A DNA stretch of 16,462 nucleotides from a virus (IMGVR_UViG_3300000059_000156:1-16462); one strand, 5' to 3'. Numbered from the stretch's first letter, positions 1 through 7,948 are shown. Notes: a model not told the origin generated them from the sequence alone. Translations and numbers: made by a program.

Positions 1-34
1 CGGGATTGCAACCCCGGATATCTAAGTGACGCAT

Positions 35-55
35 AGCCGCGTTAGCGGTTTTTTT
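35..55 (+). terminator. Candidate intrinsic terminator ending an upstream plus-strand gene outside the window
   Basis: Stem AGCCGC (35-40) / GCGGTT (45-50, one G-U pair), loop GTTA, followed by a T-run to 55. Short stem, so modest confidence. Confidence 0.35.
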
Positions 56-136
56 ATGCGTAAAGTACAGCTACATCTAAATTATGGTGGGCTGGGCAGG
101 GCCATCGTAAGATGGGCCGGTTTCACTTAGGCCGGT

Positions 137-195
137 TGTTGCAACCTTGTCCAGCTCACCACCCAATGATTGCAACCTGACGGTGGTGAGTTTTA
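137..195 (+). promoter_or_regulatory. Repeat- and hairpin-containing leader of the antirepressor gene (candidate operator/attenuator region)
   Basis: 9-bp perfect inverted repeat CTCACCACC (155-163) / GGTGGTGAG (182-190) followed by TTTTAT (191-196), ~20 nt before the SD of the 217 ORF. The 18-nt loop contains GATTGCAACC (168-177); the same 10-mer is at 4-13 and a palindromic variant GTTGCAAC at 138-145. Direct repeat GGCCGGTT at 115-122 and 130-137. Confidence 0.3.
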
Positions 196-216
196 TCACT
201 AAGTGAGGTCAATATC

Positions 217-1011
217 ATGACAACTCAAATTTCCGCACAAACTCTTTCCCCAATCTCTCATCAAAATACGCTTGTCATCACCACCGAATTGCTTGCACAA
301 CTGTATGGGACTGAACAAGTCCGAATTCGTCAAAACTACTCTCGTAATGAAGGGCGGTTTGTTGAAGGGAGACATTATTTTTTGGTGGAAGGCGATGAAC
401 TACGGGAGTTGAAACGCAAAGTATCTCAAAGCTACTCTGTGAAAATTGCCAAAAATGTACGTACTATCATTCTCTGGACAGAACGCGGCGCAGCTCGCCA
501 TGCCAAAATGCTGGAAACAGAACAGGCCTGGGAAGTTTTCGAAAAGCTGGAAGATTGTTATTTTAGCCAGCGTCCAGAGAGGCGGAGTACAACTACCGAT
601 GACCGTACTCCCTTACGTGATGCCGTTAATATGCTGGTCGGTAAGAAAGGCATGATGTATCCCGATGCCTACACCATGATTCATCAACGCTTCGCCGTCT
701 CTCACATAGAACAACTGTCACAGACGCAAATGTTAGAGGCGATTGAATACATCCACTGCCTGCTACTCGATGAAAATCAGCCAACCATTCCGGATTTTTC
801 TTTTATCACCACTATCAAAAATGGAAAAGTGACAAGGATGCGCCATGTTGCCAAAGGCGAACATCTGATGACCTTTGACGCTTTCAAAGAGATCGCTGAG
901 CGGGCAGGGTATCTGGTGATCCACAGCGACAATCTGCGAAGTATGACACTGGATAAATTGATGGTAATGGGGAAAAAGTCGGCTGTATCTGTTGCTGATT
1001 CAGCATTTTGA
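217..1011 (+). CDS. Phage antirepressor-like protein (ORF6N/Bro-N-type N-terminal domain)
   Basis: 264-aa ORF with SD-like GTGAGGT about 8 nt upstream of the ATG. The N-terminal stretch VITTELLAQLYGTEQVRIRQNYSRNEGRFVEGRHYFLVEGDELRELK fits my recollection of the ORF6N domain pattern of phage antirepressors. Family assignment is from memory, not a search. Confidence 0.7.
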   Translation: MTTQISAQTLSPISHQNTLVITTELLAQLYGTEQVRIRQNYSRNEGRFVEGRHYFLVEGDELRELKRKVSQSYSVKIAKNVRTIILWTERGAARHAKMLETEQAWEVFEKLEDCYFSQRPERRSTTTDDRTPLRDAVNMLVGKKGMMYPDAYTMIHQRFAVSHIEQLSQTQMLEAIEYIHCLLLDENQPTIPDFSFITTIKNGKVTRMRHVAKGEHLMTFDAFKEIAERAGYLVIHSDNLRSMTLDKLMVMGKKSAVSVADSAF

Positions 1012-1390
1012 CAGGTTGTTTGGGGTGGAAATACTCTATTTGCGCTTAGGATACTTGTTAGCTACTTCCACTTTTGTCACAAAGCGGACTATCTGGCTGA
1101 GCTGAGGGTCCGCAGTGAGTGAGGATCGAACATTTAAGCGTCGGTACTGATGACGGATTTGAGGTATTTAAAATATTACAGGAGCTAGTGTGGATGTGAC
1201 AGACATAAAAGTGGATGCAGTCAGAAAAGATATATGTATAGCAGGCTTCTTCGAGGACTAGATCAATCAATAAGATTTAGATAAAATTGCAGTGTTAAAT
1301 AAAAAGACTAGTAGTATTTAAACTTTAAGTGCGTTAGTAAAGTCGTGCAATTATATAAAACTAACGTTTTCTGAATGTTTGGAGAGTAAA

Positions 1391-2086
1391 ATGTTAGAAC
1401 CGCCAAAGAATTATAATGAAATGTTACCCATGCTCCATAAGGCAACTTTTATTACTACATTTATATTTTACCTATCATTGGTTATTTATGGCTACATACC
1501 ATTGGTTGGCATTAATACCAAGTACATTCCACCAATCAAAGACTACGAAGAGTTTATTAAATGGATATTAACATTCGGTATATTACCAATTGCATTCTCA
1601 ATTTTTTGGTCTGTGATTAGTGGAGTTTTAGATCTACATAATAACGTGGCAAAAATTCTTGGAATAAGAAAAGCATGGAATAATTACTTAATTGTTAAAC
1701 CATTGGCGCAAGTTGCAGGCGTTACAAGAAAATTAACTAGTGATGAATCCTCCAAAGTAATGAACAAACTGTATTACCCAGAAGTTAATGAGTTAAAAGA
1801 TAGACATTATGTTGAGCTCTTCTGGAATAAAGTTTATTACTTTTGGGTTTTCTTTGAACATACTGTGATTGCATTTATTACTGTTTTAGTAATAAGTTTT
1901 GCTAAATTAACCCATTTATTCTCTGTGACTGGTTCTTTAAAAATTCTTTGGTTGTGGGTTATTTTTATTGTTGTCTTTAATTTTCTTATTTTTATAGCAT
2001 CCGTTAAACCCAGAACTGAAGGCCAAGTCAGACAAATACCTGATGATAAGATAAAGGAATTTTTTAAAAATAACAGTATTTTTTAA
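1391..2086 (+). CDS. Hypothetical integral membrane protein (about 4 predicted TM helices), AT-rich island gene
   Basis: The ORF track starts at a TTG at 1379; I prefer the ATG at 1391, which has SD GGAGAG (1381-1386) 4 nt upstream. Four long hydrophobic stretches (e.g. FITTFIFYLSLVIYGYIPLVGI, ILTFGILPIAFSIFWSVISGVL, VYYFWVFFEHTVIAFITVLVISF, ILWLWVIFIVVFNFLIFIASV). Very AT-rich coding sequence. No family recognised. Confidence 0.6.
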   Translation: MLEPPKNYNEMLPMLHKATFITTFIFYLSLVIYGYIPLVGINTKYIPPIKDYEEFIKWILTFGILPIAFSIFWSVISGVLDLHNNVAKILGIRKAWNNYLIVKPLAQVAGVTRKLTSDESSKVMNKLYYPEVNELKDRHYVELFWNKVYYFWVFFEHTVIAFITVLVISFAKLTHLFSVTGSLKILWLWVIFIVVFNFLIFIASVKPRTEGQVRQIPDDKIKEFFKNNSIF

Positions 2087-2752
2087 ATGAGGCTAGTTTT
2101 GAATTACAAAATAAATGGAATGATTATACGTTCAGAAAATGCAGCAAAACCGCATACTATGCCATCTAACTATCTCTGTAACTATATTGAAAATTCTGTT
2201 AAAAATGGCATAGCCCTTGATTTCGGATGTGGAAAGCTTAGATATTCAGAACAACTAGTAAATAAATTTGAAGCTGTGACATTTTTAGATTCCAGAAAAC
2301 AGTTAGAAAGAGTGCAAATTATCAGAGGCGTACAAACCACAATTCCAGAGTATGTGGCTAATAATTATAAAAATGCTAATGTTGTCCCTTTTGAAAGTAT
2401 AGATAAAATAAAAGATAATTATGATTTCATACTTTGCGCAAACGTGCTTTCCGCAATTCCATGTAAATCAACAATTTACAAAATCATCAATGAGATTGGG
2501 AGATTATTAAAAAATGATGGTGAAGCAATTATTGTTAATCAATACAAAAGCTCATATTTCAAAAAGTATGAGACTGGAATTAAACATTTGCATGGATATA
2601 TATACCAAAACTCTCGCAATGCTTTCTATTATGGCTTATTGGATGAGAATATTGTAAGTAAAATTTGCTTAGATAACAATTTAGCAGTAATAAAGTCATG
2701 GAGCAAAGCTGGCAGTTCATATGTGGTTGTTGGTAAAAATAAACATAATTAG
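2087..2752 (+). CDS. Class I SAM-dependent methyltransferase-fold protein (substrate unknown; no DNA-methyltransferase catalytic motif seen)
   Basis: Start ATG overlaps the upstream stop (TAAATG at 2084-2089), indicating translational coupling. Canonical Rossmann-MTase motifs at canonical spacing: motif I ALDFGCGK (aa 43-50), post-I acidic residue in VTFLDSR (aa 64-70), motif II YDFILCANVL (aa 112-121), motif III LLKNDGEAIIV (aa 140-150). No (D/N)PP(Y/F/W) motif, so not a typical N6A/N4C DNA MTase. Confidence 0.6.
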   Translation: MRLVLNYKINGMIIRSENAAKPHTMPSNYLCNYIENSVKNGIALDFGCGKLRYSEQLVNKFEAVTFLDSRKQLERVQIIRGVQTTIPEYVANNYKNANVVPFESIDKIKDNYDFILCANVLSAIPCKSTIYKIINEIGRLLKNDGEAIIVNQYKSSYFKKYETGIKHLHGYIYQNSRNAFYYGLLDENIVSKICLDNNLAVIKSWSKAGSSYVVVGKNKHN

Positions 2753-3079
2753 TAAATTTAAAAATAATATTAGAGGGTGCCATTTTCTTATTACTTATTA
2801 ACTCACTGGGGTAGGGGCAACACGCCCCACCTCATCAAGTTACTGCAGGATTACAGACTTTTGTCAAAACGTTGGAAAAATTCAGTACAAACTTTTCCAT
2901 GTTTTTCCTAATCATAGATAATGATGCTCACTTATGTTAACAGCTTCTTGTACATAACGGTCTTCTTCAACAGGACAGCTATAAGTGAAGAAATAAAGTC
3001 GATAAACTATAAAGAGGCTCCAAATAAATATTATTCAATGAAGCCTGCTGTTTATTATTTGTTATTATTAAATCGCTAC

Positions 3080-3979
3080 TTATAATTCAACAATTTTTAG
3101 TATTATATCAATATTATTTAGCCTTGCAATCTCTGATGAATCGTTTGCAATTTTATCTTTTAAATTATCAATGTTAATCATATCTTCAGAGCTAATACAA
3201 ACCATATCACCTTGGTTAACTTTTGATTTGTTCACTATGGCTTGAATAACAGACAGATCGTCCATTACACCTCTCAGGAATTTAACCATGCTTTGATCCT
3301 TGAAATCAGATATCGATTTTGAACGTTGCTTACGTTGGATTGTTCCTTTTGTAATTATTTCGTTAATTTCTTTTAAACCGGCAAGCATATCAGATATGCT
3401 TCCTTCGCAACTCATCCTGTGTTTAATAGCATTGCGATTAATAACATTGAGTATTATTTCGAGTGAATCTCTATCATCCCATGGCGATAATAATGTATAA
3501 TCCTGATGGCGATGAATGGCATCAAGCATATCAAGGATCATATTTTCATCTGCTTTATCGCAAAGTTCATTTACAAAATAGCTGGGGTCGATTACTTTAC
3601 AATAACTTGGAACTGAGCATTTTGAGCTTTTACAAAACCCAAAAATATATAAAAAAGGGTATATGTCTTTTAGACTCTTTCCTGATTTATTTTCTTTTTC
3701 AAAGGCTGCGATTGTTTTTTTAATTTTTGCCGGGGTTGCTTTCGTTGTAACTTGAACTGCTATCATGTTTTTATTGTCAGCTAAATCAATGGCGGGAAAG
3801 TTAACTTTAATCTGATTCATGTTTTCCAGTTCCCCCATTTTCAGTGCGCGAAACATATAAATGGTCAATGACTCAATCATTCTTTCCATGTCATGAAAGC
3901 CAGTCTGTTTGCGTTGTTCGATATAAAGCTGAAGTAGCGCAATATCTTTCTGTAAGTTACTAATAAGTGGGGCAATCAT
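3080..3979 (-). CDS. SMEK-like domain protein (N-terminal SMEK-type domain, uncharacterised C-terminal region)
   Basis: 299-aa ORF with AAGGA SD 9 nt upstream of the ATG on the minus strand. The N-terminal segment NQIKVNFPAIDLADNKNMIAVQVTTKATPAKIKKTIAAF (aa 55-93) matches the hallmark I remember for SMEK domains (N-(F/A)-x-AIDL-x-D ... IA-x-QVT-(S/T) ... K-x-K-x-T-(I/L)-x-x-F). From memory only. Confidence 0.6.
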   Translation of the reverse strand: MIAPLISNLQKDIALLQLYIEQRKQTGFHDMERMIESLTIYMFRALKMGELENMNQIKVNFPAIDLADNKNMIAVQVTTKATPAKIKKTIAAFEKENKSGKSLKDIYPFLYIFGFCKSSKCSVPSYCKVIDPSYFVNELCDKADENMILDMLDAIHRHQDYTLLSPWDDRDSLEIILNVINRNAIKHRMSCEGSISDMLAGLKEINEIITKGTIQRKQRSKSISDFKDQSMVKFLRGVMDDLSVIQAIVNKSKVNQGDMVCISSEDMINIDNLKDKIANDSSEIARLNNIDIILKIVEL

Positions 3980-4512
3980 AGCTAATAATCCTTTTCAATT
4001 AAGTAGGGGATGTGTTTGAGCTTCTTTATTTGACTGTTAGTTTAATTTCTTGTTTTCATATTAACAAGCTCTACAATTTTATCAAGATTTCTCAAAAACT
4101 AATCCTCCGTGTAAATCCACTAACTATACTGAATTTATTCCGCTGTAAAACATGTCCGCTCATGGCTGTGAGTTCAACGGGTCGATGTAACGCCATCCAC
4201 TCAGTAAAATTGTGTAATTCCAGTGAGCAGGCGAATCTTCAGTATGCTCTAGTTTCTTACTCACACCTGCTTATGCTTTAACTATGTACAATGTAGATAA
4301 ACTCTCATGTTGATTTATCGCCATGATCACATTTCCGGAAGAAAAATTTTGTTTGTAACCTTGCTAGATGAGACAGTATAGATATCATTACATATGAAAC
4401 AGTACATTAGGGAACACTGAAGGCCGTAACTTTAAAAAATATAATTAATTGTACATAATTTTATAACCATCAAGATGGTGGCAATTATATAAGTAATAAT
4501 AAGGGTTGATTA

Positions 4513-5865
4513 ATGATTAAATTCACAGAAAAGGAAATACAAAATTACATATGGGAAAATAGGAACAATTTTCCCGAACTGCTTATTGAACCTGCAGGTC
4601 TTGAAGTACTTGAATTCAACGAAGATCTCTCTGATGTAACAGCACAACTGCTAATAAAAAACAGAATAAATAGTAAACTATCCAATCTTCACTCTAAGCT
4701 TTATGGACTGGAATTTATCGGCTGCGAAGTTCCTTTAGAACAAAATTCAAACTCAACAATTAGAGCCGATTTTTTGGCTATATTCTGTGATGATACTGGG
4801 CTTGCTGTCATAGAGCTTAAAAAAAGTGAACAAACTGAAAGGCAAGCATTCACTGAATTGTTAGCATATTCAAACCATATGACAACATTATTTCCATCCA
4901 TGACGAAAAATGACAGTGTGTATATTTTAATATCACCAATGGAAACCAGAATAGCACGTGATGCTGTCATCCAAAGTTTAATATTTGACAATAGGGATAT
5001 CATTACTTTAATTCCAACATTCTCTGATCCTCTTGATATTACATCTCTTAAACTTGAATTATGGATTCCAGACCAAACAGAGTTAGCGACTTTCTCAAAT
5101 ATTGCATTTAGAGAAGATAATTTTAGTGTCTGTAAATTATCCTGGGAGTATGACGCAGAGCGATGGGATGCAGCTAGAGGAGAAGAACTTTTACATTCAT
5201 TTGTTAGTCAATTTGATAACATTTCCTGCCTTGCAGCTCAGTATATGGAAGAATCTGGAGTTCATGGTTTTACTTATTGCTCTCAGTTATGGCCTGAATT
5301 ATCTCAGGCATTACCTTTTACGAATTCATTAGTACTAGTTGGCATGAATCCTTATGCTGTCGGGAGTGTCCAGCATTTATCCACAGAAGACGATAACTAT
5401 GATGATATTCCAGACCCAAATTCTTACACTCCTCACATATCTGAATTAATTGGTAAACTAGGTGAAGGAGAACTATATGAGGCTAATATTGATGTCCTAA
5501 GTGGTTTACATTGTACATGGATCTCTCAATTATATCGTATAGGTAAGCAGGTAATTGAACTCACCACTAGAAATACAGATGGGAAATACGTCCACGTTGA
5601 ATATGGCTTTATGAATTGGGAAATCTATCAAAGGTCTCTACTTGAGGATGTTTTCTGTGAAAACTTCGCTATTAGGTCTACAGGTTTAATACGACATCTC
5701 TATACTGACATTCTTAAATTAGATTATGATTTTTGTAAAAATAACGGATTGGAAAATCACCCTATTCATGGAGACATGCCATACTTAGGTGTCAATTTTC
5801 TTAAATCCCACCAGCACTTTAGAGAATTTATTTTGCGAATGTTCTATGCCGAAATAGATGCGTAG
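4513..5865 (+). CDS. Predicted PD-(D/E)xK-family nuclease-like protein with a large uncharacterised C-terminal region
   Basis: 450-aa ORF with SD AAGGG 8 nt upstream. N-terminal motif E72 ... RAD86FLAIFCDDTGLAVIE101LK103 has the D-x15-ExK spacing typical of restriction-endonuclease-fold active sites. The remaining ~340 aa are unrecognised. AT-rich. Confidence 0.65.
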   Translation: MIKFTEKEIQNYIWENRNNFPELLIEPAGLEVLEFNEDLSDVTAQLLIKNRINSKLSNLHSKLYGLEFIGCEVPLEQNSNSTIRADFLAIFCDDTGLAVIELKKSEQTERQAFTELLAYSNHMTTLFPSMTKNDSVYILISPMETRIARDAVIQSLIFDNRDIITLIPTFSDPLDITSLKLELWIPDQTELATFSNIAFREDNFSVCKLSWEYDAERWDAARGEELLHSFVSQFDNISCLAAQYMEESGVHGFTYCSQLWPELSQALPFTNSLVLVGMNPYAVGSVQHLSTEDDNYDDIPDPNSYTPHISELIGKLGEGELYEANIDVLSGLHCTWISQLYRIGKQVIELTTRNTDGKYVHVEYGFMNWEIYQRSLLEDVFCENFAIRSTGLIRHLYTDILKLDYDFCKNNGLENHPIHGDMPYLGVNFLKSHQHFREFILRMFYAEIDA

Positions 5866-6422
5866 TGAGATTTTTTGGTTTATCTCTGCTGGAGAAAATT
5901 CATGGGTGAGGAAAGAGATAGATAATATTGAAAATAAAATCTTCAAAAGATGTGGAAATAAAGACATGATCTAAAATTTTTTGGCATTCATTTCATATGA
6001 AACAGCCCTTCTAAAAACTATACAGGCATGGATGATATTTTCTTATGATTTTTTAGTTGTAATTTATCTTTACTATATAATATATGGGGGGATTGTCGCC
6101 AGCTATTCACCGACTATCAAATATCAATAACTCCTGGCAGTTCTGTAAGGTATAGACATACAAATCGGCCTGAAGATTACGGATAGTTTCTTAAGGTCCG
6201 TTCCTGGCACAAAGTGGACTGTCAAATGAAATTCGGCTCCACGCCATAGATGTGTCAGCTCATATCTTATCTAATACACACAATAACTTTCTCATTCTTG
6301 GAGAATTATTTTTTTAAGGGTAGGTGTTGACGTTAGAGCAAAAGAATGGTGATTTTTTTGATGTGTATTACGTTGGAACTGATGGGAATAACTATCTGTT
6401 TTCAACGCACTGCTAATTTATC

Positions 6423-6444
6423 AAGGCCCTTTGATCAGGGCCTT
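6423..6444 (-). terminator. Perfect 8-bp hairpin just downstream of the minus-strand ImmA operon; possible terminator or protein-binding palindrome
   Basis: AAGGCCCT (6423-6430), loop TTGATC, AGGGCCTT (6437-6444), ~25 nt beyond the stop of the 6469-7074 gene on the minus strand. No clean U-tract on either strand, so terminator function is uncertain. Confidence 0.3.
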
Positions 6445-6468
6445 CGAAAGACTGTTGGACCGAGAGAG

Positions 6469-7074
6469 TTACTTGCGTTTAAAAAGGTATTTTGTCACGA
6501 CCAGCACGAGGCCGAATACCTCTGTCAAAGTACCGCCCATGTACAACTGGAGCGTTAAGTCTTTAAATACAAGCCATTCAGCACCAGTGGCAAAAAATAC
6601 ACCATTCATTATCAAAAGCTGGCAAGCAAGGATAATAAGGAACCATTTGCCATAGCGTTTTTTTAGATCGATTTCAGCTTCAAAATCTTTGTTGTTGAGT
6701 TGTTTGCGCTCATGCTCAGTATCAAGTGAATTCACCTGTTTCACAGATGTGAACTCGGTCAAGATTTTACTCTCAGTACGGGTGACTTGTTGAGAGGGGG
6801 TAGGAATTGGAATTCTTTTGATTGACGCAGCTACAGCCATTTTGCGAGCTTCGGCAGCTCTTTTTCTGGCTATTCCGTGAATACGGGCAGACGGTTTTTT
6901 TGGAGCGTGCGAAACCTTTGGCTGAGGTGAAGTTTCGTCAGGAGACTGAACCGGAGTTTCATCGTCCTCCGGCTCAACCTCTTCTGCTAACTGACGGTGT
7001 AGGTTGAGGGAATCCTTCAGTCGGCGTGCAACTTCCTGTTTGAAACGGCTGTTAAAATCGTCATCCGATGGCAT
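6469..7074 (-). CDS. Hypothetical membrane protein: acidic/Pro-rich N-terminal region, basic middle, two C-terminal TM helices
   Basis: 201-aa ORF starting 9 nt after the stop of the ImmA-like gene (operon). C-terminal hydrophobic segments WFLIILACQLLIMNGVFFATG and LTEVFGLVLVVTKYLF; N-terminus EEVEPEDDETPVQSPDETSPQP looks low-complexity/disordered. Confidence 0.7.
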   Translation of the reverse strand: MPSDDDFNSRFKQEVARRLKDSLNLHRQLAEEVEPEDDETPVQSPDETSPQPKVSHAPKKPSARIHGIARKRAAEARKMAVAASIKRIPIPTPSQQVTRTESKILTEFTSVKQVNSLDTEHERKQLNNKDFEAEIDLKKRYGKWFLIILACQLLIMNGVFFATGAEWLVFKDLTLQLYMGGTLTEVFGLVLVVTKYLFKRK

Positions 7075-7083
7075 TCTAAAGCG

Positions 7084-7572
7084 TTACCCCAACCTCAAGT
7101 TCTTTAAACGATAAGTCATCGCATCGTCAGATACGCCAAAATAATGCGCCATTATATAACTTGGTTGGCCGTCAGCGTGCAGTTTTCTGACCTCATCAAC
7201 CGGCATCAGAAGTTCTGCTGCGAACTTGTTCGCAAAAATTTCATCAGGATGCGTTCCGGCGCTTGCGGTTTCGCCACGTAAATCAACGTACTCATATTCA
7301 TCACTATGCGATGCTTGCCGGGCGATGTAATGCCCCAACTCATGCCCACATGAAAAACGTTGACGAACTTTGTTGTCATCACTGTTTAGAAAGATCGCTG
7401 GATCTTGATCTTTTTGTTTAATCAGTGCGCCAGAAACTTTCCCAGGAAGATCGGTAATAAAAACATCTAATCCCATGTCGTGAGCAATTTTCGCTGGATC
7501 AACAGGGAAACCACGCCCGCACCAGAACGTGTCCAGCACTCGCCGGGCGTGCTCTCTTGGGTTGGTAGCCAT
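7084..7572 (-). CDS. ImmA/IrrE-family zinc metallopeptidase-like protein
   Basis: 162-aa ORF with strong SD (GGAGGAG) upstream of the ATG on the minus strand. HEXXH zinc-binding motif in SCGHELGHYIA; size and motif context are typical of ImmA/IrrE (COG2856-type) peptidases of mobile elements. Confidence 0.8.
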   Translation of the reverse strand: MATNPREHARRVLDTFWCGRGFPVDPAKIAHDMGLDVFITDLPGKVSGALIKQKDQDPAIFLNSDDNKVRQRFSCGHELGHYIARQASHSDEYEYVDLRGETASAGTHPDEIFANKFAAELLMPVDEVRKLHADGQPSYIMAHYFGVSDDAMTYRLKNLRLG

Positions 7573-7948
7573 AGCTCCTCCAGTTACTGCATTACGATTA
7601 ATGGTCGAAATATAGACAGCATGTTCCGTACCACATTCCTGTAAAAGTGCAAATTCTGCACTTCTGGTACGATATTAACTGTTAGTAGTAAAGTCTTCCA
7701 GATAAATCACTTTAAAATCTTGTGAATTGCTTGCTTTTTACGCTGCATTGTGGATGGCTCAATGTTTCCAGTAAAAACATACAGGATAATCATGAGATTA
7801 GTGGTTTTTTAGGCGTCCATATGTTTCTGAAAAATACAGGTCTAACCTGATCTTATCGTTGAGATTTTTTGTACTCAGTATGTGTGAACGATTCGACCAG
7901 GTGACTGTGTACGTGAAGAAGACCGCCCTTAATATTTTAAATGTGCAA

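Noticed and set aside
446-655. ORF 446-655 (plus) inside the antirepressor gene
   Set aside because: Alternative frame within the 217-1011 ORF, which has the SD and the domain signature.
1379-1390. TTG start for the membrane-protein ORF as given in the ORF track
   Set aside because: An in-frame ATG at 1391 sits 4 nt downstream of a GGAGAG SD (1381-1386); the TTG at 1379 would lie upstream of the SD. I call 1391 as the start.
2087-2752. Interpreting the methyltransferase-fold gene as the modification half of a restriction-modification system
   Set aside because: No (D/N)PP(Y/F/W) catalytic motif, no target-recognition domain, and no adjacent restriction endonuclease; the partner is a small 4-TM protein. 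A DNA MTase cannot be excluded without a profile search, but the sequence does not support it.
2814-2828. GC-rich mini-hairpin GGGGC-AACAC-GCCCC in the convergent gap between the methyltransferase-fold and SMEK-like genes
   Set aside because: Only a 5-bp stem with no U-tract on either strand. It may be a remnant of the insertion junction, but I cannot support a terminator or att site call.
1058-6000. Short ORFs inside the AT-rich island (1058-1270 minus, 2580-2783 minus, 3300-3500 plus, 3463-3723 plus, 4012-4281 plus, 4701-5003 minus, 5102-5332 plus, 5785-5967 minus) and a 50-codon ORF at about 2929-3082
   Set aside because: All overlap or run antisense to longer ORFs with better RBS and motif content, or lie in AT-rich intergenic DNA where stop-free stretches arise easily; none has a convincing SD.
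6346-7007. Plus-strand ORFs 6346-6558, 6431-6655 and 6822-7007
   Set aside because: They are antisense to or overlap the minus-strand membrane-protein gene, which is operonic with the HEXXH peptidase gene; low-complexity translations.
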